From IMG/VR virus record IMGVR_UViG_3300033067_002333, positions 1-41,170 of that record: a DNA stretch of 41,170 bases. One strand, given 5' to 3'. Both the position numbers and the translations under genes were made by a program. The notes below the pieces were generated by a model. The model saw only the letters and a program-made list of their open reading frames with translations. It did not search any database and was not told the DNA's origin. The stretch's first letter is position 1. Every line of letters begins with the position of its first letter. Shown piece by piece: positions 35,462-41,170 of the stretch. This DNA comes from a virus. Its lineage: Duplodnaviria > Caudoviricetes.

Positions 35462-35572
35462 GCCCCCGTCATTGCAGATTCGCAAATCTGTCATTGCGCG
35501 CGCGCCGGATGGATACGGCCAGGGAGGCCACGGCGCGCGCGTACCTCGGCCTCGATGCCAGTGGGTGGCGCC

Positions 35573-35986
35573 ATGCCCACTGAGCGCATCGCCGCGGGCC
35601 ACCTGATGCGGGCGGTGAAGGGCTCGTACCGCTCGCACCAGCAGCTGCAGGACGCGTGTCTCCAGCTCTGCACGCTGCGCGGCGTGCCCGCTCGCGCGAT
35701 CCACACCGGACCGCGTGTCGCCCCGCGCGGTGATGGCGGGTTCGAGCTGCGCGGCAACCGTGCCCAGGCTGGCGTCAGCGACATCATGGTCTGCCTACCA
35801 CCACACGGCCGCCTCGCGCTCTGGGAAGTGAAGAGCGGCAAGGCCCGCCGTTCGCCCGAGCAGGTGCGCGTCCAGCAGGAGTTCGCGGCCGCCGGCGCCC
35901 AGTGCGAAGTGATCCGTTCCATCGAAGACGCCCAGCGATGCCTCGCCGGCGTCCCACGCAGCACCCACCAGGGAGGGAATCGATGA
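35573..35986 (+). CDS. VRR-NUC domain nuclease (resolvase-like)
   Basis: GVSDI...WEVKSGKARRSPEQ...VIRSIEDA. Confidence 0.85.
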   Translation: MPTERIAAGHLMRAVKGSYRSHQQLQDACLQLCTLRGVPARAIHTGPRVAPRGDGGFELRGNRAQAGVSDIMVCLPPHGRLALWEVKSGKARRSPEQVRVQQEFAAAGAQCEVIRSIEDAQRCLAGVPRSTHQGGNR

Positions 35987-36474
35987 AGCACCACATGACG
36001 GGGAAGGTGATCGGCGTCGCGCTCTTCAAGCCGGACCCGAAGATGATGCCGCAGTTCGAGGTCGCAAAGGTGAAGGTGGAGTTCGTGACCAGCGTCATCG
36101 ACGACAGCAGCGGCCTGCAGGTCGCGCTCTCGAGCACCGGGACGCTGGTCGTCCCGCTCGAGCACGTGGGGCACCGCGGCGACTTCGCCCTCGGGCGCTC
36201 CATCACCGCCGACTTCGAGGACTACCAGCAGGAGCTCGGCCTCTCCCGCCCCGGCTCGTCGTCCGAGCGGCGGAGTCTGCTCGAGCGCGACGGCGAGTTC
36301 TTCGACGCGACCACCGGCATCCAGGTCGAGAGCTCCGAGCTCCGGGACCCGGACATGAAGGTCTCGATCCAGTTCGGCACCGACGCCCCTATCGAGTCGA
36401 CCGTCGGCCAGATGCGCAAGGCCCTCGACCAGATCAAGGCGAAGCGCGCTCGCGCAACCTCGCGGCACAACTGA
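35983..36474 (+). CDS. Hypothetical protein
   Basis: gggagg RBS; ATGA overlap. Confidence 0.6.
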   Translation: MKHHMTGKVIGVALFKPDPKMMPQFEVAKVKVEFVTSVIDDSSGLQVALSSTGTLVVPLEHVGHRGDFALGRSITADFEDYQQELGLSRPGSSSERRSLLERDGEFFDATTGIQVESSELRDPDMKVSIQFGTDAPIESTVGQMRKALDQIKAKRARATSRHN

Positions 36475-36519
36475 CACAGGCGGGCCTCATCGACGGGGCC
36501 GGCTGCAGACCAAGGAGCG

Positions 36520-37305
36520 GTGGTGTCCACACACGACGAGCAACAGGAACCAGCAGCGGAACCGGCGAAGCCAGCGAAGCGCGGCCGCAGCGCGTTCAGC
36601 CGGCGTCTGGATCCGTTCTGGTGGGCCAGCGTGGACTTCCGCTGGTGGATGTCCGACCCGGGCATCCGCCGGCTCACGCACGAGCAGCGCGGGCGGTTCA
36701 TGGACATGTGGGCCCTGATCTGCGGGAACACGACACCGGGCGTGTGCACCGAGGAGGACGTCCGCGCATGGGCGGGCTACACGCCTCCGGAGTGGAAGGC
36801 AGTGCGCCCGGTGTTCGTGCCGCTGTTCCGCATCACGCGCGGGAACAAGTGGATTCTGGAGACCGTTGTGGAGGCTCATCAGGCCGCCTTGAACGCGCAC
36901 AAGACGAGGCTCGCGGTGTCGAGAGCGGGAGTCGAGAAGCGGCGCAGCAACAAGGGATTAGCAACTGACGGTTCACCGCCGGTGCTACCGGGAGTGCTAC
37001 CGGAGGTCGGGAAAGCACGGCCTCCGAAGCAACCGCCGGTCAACCGGCATGGTTCACCAGATATGGAGATGGGGAGATTCTCGGAACCTTCGGTTCCTCG
37101 AGAGATCGATAGATCGGCCGTGACAGGCCTTTCAGGCCTCTCACGGCCTGAGACCGGACAGCGCGCGCCTGCCGGCGGCGAGACGCGCGATGCGGCCGCG
37201 CAGAGCGCCGACGCGTGCTTCCGCACCGTCGACGACATGCTCGCGGGGGTTCTCGCAGACGGGCAGAGGGCAGACGCACGGCCCCAGCGCGGAGGTGCAG
37301 CGTGA
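36520..37305 (+). CDS. DUF1376/YdaU-like replication initiator
   Basis: WWMSDPGIRRLTHEQRGRFMDMWAL N-terminal domain; repeat-rich linker. Confidence 0.65.
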   Translation: MVSTHDEQQEPAAEPAKPAKRGRSAFSRRLDPFWWASVDFRWWMSDPGIRRLTHEQRGRFMDMWALICGNTTPGVCTEEDVRAWAGYTPPEWKAVRPVFVPLFRITRGNKWILETVVEAHQAALNAHKTRLAVSRAGVEKRRSNKGLATDGSPPVLPGVLPEVGKARPPKQPPVNRHGSPDMEMGRFSEPSVPREIDRSAVTGLSGLSRPETGQRAPAGGETRDAAAQSADACFRTVDDMLAGVLADGQRADARPQRGGAA

Positions 37306-37700
37306 GCCGAGCCGTCAGTCCGTTCGAGGAAGGTCTCGAAGACCGCCTTTTAGGGCAGTACCCGGAGCATCGTGACGCGGTGGCCGCTGCCATCTCGAAG
37401 ACCCGCGACATGATCCGGCGCAAGCGCGTGCGCAACCCGAACGGACTGCTCGTGTCGAGCGTCCGCTCCGCGGTCGCGACGGCGAAGACCCTGCAGACCC
37501 GGGCGTTCGCCGGCGGCGATTCGGAGCTCTACGCGTCGCTGCTCGTGCAGATCTTCGCCGAGGCGGTCCGCTCGCAGCTCGGGCCGGCCGCGATCGCGAG
37601 GGCGCTGCAGCATGCGAGGCAGTCCGGCTACGGGAAGTTGAACCCCGTGCTGATCGAGAAGCTCGAGGCGATGGGCGAGCACTGGCCGGACGGCCGGTGA
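37302..37700 (+). CDS. Hypothetical protein
   Basis: GTGA overlap with ggagg RBS. Confidence 0.55.
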   Translation: MSRAVSPFEEGLEDRLLGQYPEHRDAVAAAISKTRDMIRRKRVRNPNGLLVSSVRSAVATAKTLQTRAFAGGDSELYASLLVQIFAEAVRSQLGPAAIARALQHARQSGYGKLNPVLIEKLEAMGEHWPDGR

Positions 37701-37729
37701 TGACCAACAGGGACCAGGGAGGTCTTGGG

Positions 37730-38119
37730 ATGCTGGTGCTCACGAGGAAGATGGGCGAGTCGGTGGACATCGACGGCAGCACCGTGACGGTCACCGTCCT
37801 GCGCGTCGACGGCAAGCAGGTGAAGCTCGGGATCGTCGCGCCGTCGGACATGGCCGTCCACCGTGCCGAGGTCGCCACGAAAATCCGCGAGGCCGGCGAG
37901 GACCCGGCCATCCGCCTCGAGCGCGAGGTCGAGCCGGCGTACACGGCGAAGGCGAAGCGGCCGAAGGGGCAGCACCCGTGGCGGCGCAGCTGGCTCTGGG
38001 GCGGTGCGGCCCAACGCCTGACCGAGGAGGCCGCGCGCATGCACCGCGAGGATCAGGCGGTCGCCGACGCGGAGGAAGAGCGCGAGCGCCGGGAAGCCGC
38101 GAAGGGGGGCGACGCGTGA
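37730..38119 (+). CDS. csrA: CsrA/RsmA translational regulator with C-terminal extension
   Basis: MLVLTRKMGESVDI...VKLGIVAPSDMAVHRAEV. Confidence 0.92.
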   Translation: MLVLTRKMGESVDIDGSTVTVTVLRVDGKQVKLGIVAPSDMAVHRAEVATKIREAGEDPAIRLEREVEPAYTAKAKRPKGQHPWRRSWLWGGAAQRLTEEAARMHREDQAVADAEEERERREAAKGGDA

Positions 38120-38907
38120 ACCTCATCGAGGTCCAGATGGACGCCAGCGCTCTCGTGACGAAGCTCGAGGCGGTCGTCGGCCCGAAGGGGCCGAAGCGCC
38201 TCGCGTACGCCGTGGTGAACGCGATCAACAGCACGGCGAAGCTCGTCCAGGCGAACGAGATCGAGCACGTCGACGACGTGTTCACGGTGCGCAAGCGGGA
38301 CTTCCTGCTCGGCACTCCCTCGCGTCCCGGCGGCGCGGCCGCGCGCATCAAGCCGTTCGCCAGCGTGAAGGACGCACGGCCGTATGCGGAGATCTCGGTG
38401 GGTGCGAGCTCGGCGACGGCGCAGCGGACGCTACTGCTCAGTCAGTTCGAGGCTGGCGGCATCCGCAAGCCGTTCACGCCTGGTGCGAAGGCGGTCGGTG
38501 TGCCCATCACCGGTCGGCCGGCGCGTCCATCGATCGGACGCGAGGTCCCGCCGGCGTACACGTTCGCGGGCCTCAAGCTCCGGCCCTACCGCGCCGGTCG
38601 CAAGCTCTCGAGGAAGGCGCACGCGGCCACCATCGGCGTGCCCGGCGGCAAGGATGCGGTGCAGTGGAAGGGCGAGAACCGCACGTTCATCATCCGCAAG
38701 GCCGACGGTGCGCCTCAGGGCGGTGTGTTCCAGCGCACCGGGCCCGAGCGTGGCGACATCCGCGAGATCATCGAGTTCCGCAAGGGTGATCCGATCGACA
38801 AGCGGCTCCGATTCGTGGACACCGCGCGCCGCACGTCCGACGTGTGGTTCCCGCGCTTCATGGAGCAGGAGCTCGCGAAGACGTTCGCCAGGGCGGGTCT
38901 CTCGTGA
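38116..38907 (+). CDS. Tail completion protein (gpZ-like), located outside the tail module
   Basis: AVVNAINSTAK, QFEAGGIRK, GVFQRTG, RFVDTARR. Confidence 0.6.
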   Translation: MNLIEVQMDASALVTKLEAVVGPKGPKRLAYAVVNAINSTAKLVQANEIEHVDDVFTVRKRDFLLGTPSRPGGAAARIKPFASVKDARPYAEISVGASSATAQRTLLLSQFEAGGIRKPFTPGAKAVGVPITGRPARPSIGREVPPAYTFAGLKLRPYRAGRKLSRKAHAATIGVPGGKDAVQWKGENRTFIIRKADGAPQGGVFQRTGPERGDIREIIEFRKGDPIDKRLRFVDTARRTSDVWFPRFMEQELAKTFARAGLS

Positions 38908-39155
38908 CCGCCAAGTGGCTCAACCCGACCGTCTGGGTGCCGCGGCGCCGCCTGCAGAAGGTAGAGGTGTGCGACTTCTGCTGGAACGACATCCAGCCCG
39001 TCGCCGGCGGCTGGTACAACCCCGCGCGCGATGTCTGGGAATGCCTCCCGTGCCGCGTCGAGGGGCAGCGTGCCGAGCTCGTGCGCGCCGCGATGTCCCC
39101 GCCTGCGACGGCGCCACAACAGGAGCTGACACCCGTTAGCGAGGAGGCCGCGTGA
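38904..39155 (+). CDS. Small zinc-finger hypothetical protein
   Basis: CDFC...CLPC; coupled. Confidence 0.5.
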   Translation: MTAKWLNPTVWVPRRRLQKVEVCDFCWNDIQPVAGGWYNPARDVWECLPCRVEGQRAELVRAAMSPPATAPQQELTPVSEEAA

Positions 39156-39628
39156 GCCCAGTAAGGCCGGAGAACCGTGCCCTGTACCCAGCGGACTGGA
39201 AGGAGATCGCAACTCGCGTGCGTGCTCGTGCCAGCAATCGTTGCGAGTGCAAAGGGGAGTGCGGGTCCAAGCATGGGAGCGTTGTACACGTGAGACGTGG
39301 CCGCTGCACCCAGAGCTACTACAGCGAGCGTTGCGGTGTCCCGCAGCACGAGCTGATCGAGCGCGACCCCGATCGTCCCGAGAAGTGGGAAGTACACGGC
39401 TGCACTACTGAGTGCGTGGGTGAGGGCAAGCACGTGGGCGCTGTGCGTGTGGTGCTTACCGTGGCGCACCTCGACCACGATCCGACCAACAACCGCATGG
39501 GCAACCTCCGTGCCCTGTGCCAGCTCTGCCACAACCGCTACGACCGTGAGCACCGGAAAGTGAATGCCGCGCGCACCAGGCATGGACGGCGCGCACATGC
39601 GGATCTGTTTCAACAGGGGGCCTCGTGA
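39152..39628 (+). CDS. HNH endonuclease
   Basis: YPADWKEI...RCEC...LTVAHLDHDPTNN...LCQLCHNRYD. Confidence 0.85.
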   Translation: MSPVRPENRALYPADWKEIATRVRARASNRCECKGECGSKHGSVVHVRRGRCTQSYYSERCGVPQHELIERDPDRPEKWEVHGCTTECVGEGKHVGAVRVVLTVAHLDHDPTNNRMGNLRALCQLCHNRYDREHRKVNAARTRHGRRAHADLFQQGAS

Positions 39629-39837
39629 GCAACCCGAAGCCGCATCGGCTCTGGGCTAGTGCGTGCCCCTTCGACAAGCGCGGCACTCCAGTGCTTGGGA
39701 CCATCGGCGCGAGCGTCGGGAACGTCGTGGTCATGCGCGTGGAGACATGGACGGCGCTCTGCAAAGAGCATCCGTCACTCGGTGAAACGAAGTTCGACGT
39801 GGGTATGAATGACGCGCAGTGCGGGGAGGATTCGTGA
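39625..39837 (+). CDS. Hypothetical protein
   Basis: GTGA overlaps on both sides. Confidence 0.45.
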   Translation: MSNPKPHRLWASACPFDKRGTPVLGTIGASVGNVVVMRVETWTALCKEHPSLGETKFDVGMNDAQCGEDS

Positions 39838-40121
39838 GCAAGGACATCGCCGGTCCGAAGCAGAAGGCCCGTGCAGACTTCATCGGGATCCCAATCGAGC
39901 GCGGTATCCCCATTCCGACCGACAGCGGGAAGGGGATGAGCGGTCCGCGGACCATGATCGGGCAGGCGCTGGTCAAGCTGCAGCCCACCGAGTCGTTCGC
40001 CGTGCCGCTCGAGCAGAAATCGAAACTCGCATCCAACGCGCACGCCTGGGCGAAGAAACTCAAGCGGAAGTTCATCGTGCGCGAACTCAATGGTTACGCG
40101 CGCTGCTGGAGGCTCAGCTGA
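39834..40121 (+). CDS. Small basic, probably DNA-binding phage protein
   Basis: IERGIPIP...LQPTESFAVP...KFIVRE...RCWR; ggagga RBS. Confidence 0.6.
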   Translation: MSKDIAGPKQKARADFIGIPIERGIPIPTDSGKGMSGPRTMIGQALVKLQPTESFAVPLEQKSKLASNAHAWAKKLKRKFIVRELNGYARCWRLS

Positions 40122-40324
40122 GCGATGCACCGGTATTCGGATGGGCCGCCTTCAAGGTGCCCAGTGTGAACCCCATGGCCGACGAGCGACGCCACGCACG
40201 AGGGTCATCCCAATCAGGCGGGATGGTCGTGGGGCTATCAGCGCTCGCTGAGGGTGTGCGGCCAGGCGCTGGGGCGGGGAGAAGTTCGGCCTCCCGCCTG
40301 CCTGGCATTCCAACTGGAGGATTG

Positions 40325-40603
40325 ATGAAGGCGGAGGATGCAGGGGCGGCCACCGAGGCCGAGGCCGAGCCGGAACTACTCAAGGTCTACGCAGTCGATC
40401 ACGACGAGCTCACCAAGCGCTTCACATACCACGCGCCGAAGGGCGGCCAGCCTGAGCGGTACTCGTACCTCCGCGACAGGGCGAAGGACCTCGCCGCGGA
40501 GATCAGCCGGTATTGCCCGCCGTCGAGAGAGACCTCGCTCGCGCTCACCAATCTTGAGCAGGCGGTCTTCTGGGCCAACGCAGCGATCGCACGTAACGAG
40601 TGA
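40325..40603 (+). CDS. Acb2/Tad1-like helical hairpin protein (candidate immune-signal sponge)
   Basis: RFTYHAP...RY..LR..A..LA...CPPSRETSLALTNLEQAVFWANAAIAR; ggagg RBS. Confidence 0.65.
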   Translation: MKAEDAGAATEAEAEPELLKVYAVDHDELTKRFTYHAPKGGQPERYSYLRDRAKDLAAEISRYCPPSRETSLALTNLEQAVFWANAAIARNE

Positions 40604-40708
40604 GCACGTGCCGGGCTGGTGTGTGCGGCGCATCAGCCCGGGCACTCACGCGATTTCCTGTTTCTCGACTCTAGGTTAGGGCTGAAGAACAGGCAGATGG
40701 GAGACCAC

Positions 40709-40927
40709 ATGAGCACCAAGCAGGGACCGATGCCCGTGCCACTGCCGTGCCCGTTCTGCGGTGGCAAGGCGAGCGGGCGGAAGCTGCCGGGAGGGAAGTA
40801 CGAGTTCGGCTGCCACCTGGCGAACTGCATCCCCAACCCGACGGTTGTCGTGTGGACGAACAGGCGCGAGGCAATCGGGATCTGGAATGAGCGTGCGCCA
40901 GTAGCGAGCAGTCGGAGAGCGGCGTGA
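40709..40927 (+). CDS. Lar family restriction alleviation protein
   Basis: LPCPFCGGKA...C...C...EAIGIWNER. Confidence 0.7.
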   Translation: MSTKQGPMPVPLPCPFCGGKASGRKLPGGKYEFGCHLANCIPNPTVVVWTNRREAIGIWNERAPVASSRRAA

Positions 40928-41157
40928 ACGAGCCAACACCTGAACGCGTGCCCGAGCTTGGATACTCACAGGAGTACCGAGACGGCATTCAGCGCGACGC
41001 CGCCTTCATGGCGTGGGCGTTCGCGCTGGCCTACGTCTGGGCCCTCGTGATGATCCTGCTCTGCATCTGGACGTACCTCGGGCCGGGCGCACGGGAGGAC
41101 GAGACTTCAAACCCCACGCCAATCGATGTGAACTGTGTGAAATCGGGTCCTTCTTAA
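40924..41157 (+). CDS. Small membrane protein
   Basis: TM segment AAFMAWAFALAYVWALVMILLCIW; coupled. Confidence 0.5.
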   Translation: MNEPTPERVPELGYSQEYRDGIQRDAAFMAWAFALAYVWALVMILLCIWTYLGPGAREDETSNPTPIDVNCVKSGPS

Positions 41158-41170
41158 CAAGTGAGGCACG
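41145..41170 (+). other. cosQ-like GGGTCCT and right genome end
   Basis: GGGTCCT at 41145-41151 is identical to lambda cosQ and ends 19 nt before the end; terminal aggcacg is the left cosN arm. Confidence 0.7.

Noticed and set aside
1-41170. CRISPR array, DGR/retron, transposase, invertase or alternative genetic code
   Set aside because: I saw no repeat-spacer periodicity, reverse transcriptase, DDE or serine recombinase motifs; genes end at standard stops with normal lengths

Overview
This GC-rich window looks like one complete temperate siphovirus genome in virion orientation. Joining the two ends rebuilds a symmetric lambda-like cosN (aggcacg|GGTGACGGCGAC-cgtgcct), preceded by an exact lambda cosQ heptamer (GGGTCCT). 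An attP (the 3' 55 nt of a tRNA-fMet) lies internally, just after a tyrosine integrase. Gene order: terS/terL (lambda gpA type); an accessory cassette (DUF2335 pair, RadC/JAB, small basic protein, orphans); an inverted gpW-portal-sigma factor block; RcGTA-like head spike genes; a protease-capsid fusion; neck, tail tube, chaperones and tape measure; a GTA/D3112-like tail tip; lysis genes; Imm, HTH regulators, integrase and attP; then an early/replication arm (ParB, MazG-like, VRR-NUC, DUF1376 initiator, CsrA, gpZ-like, HNH, Acb2/Tad1-like, Lar). The most unusual features are regulatory. Late genes diverge from a palindrome carrying back-to-back -10 boxes, with a phage sigma factor coupled to the portal gene. 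A duplicated operator flanks the repressor. Integration would cut the early operon off from its visible promoters, and CsrA-type sites lie next to attP in a phage that encodes its own CsrA. All family assignments come from recognising motifs by eye; no database searches were run.
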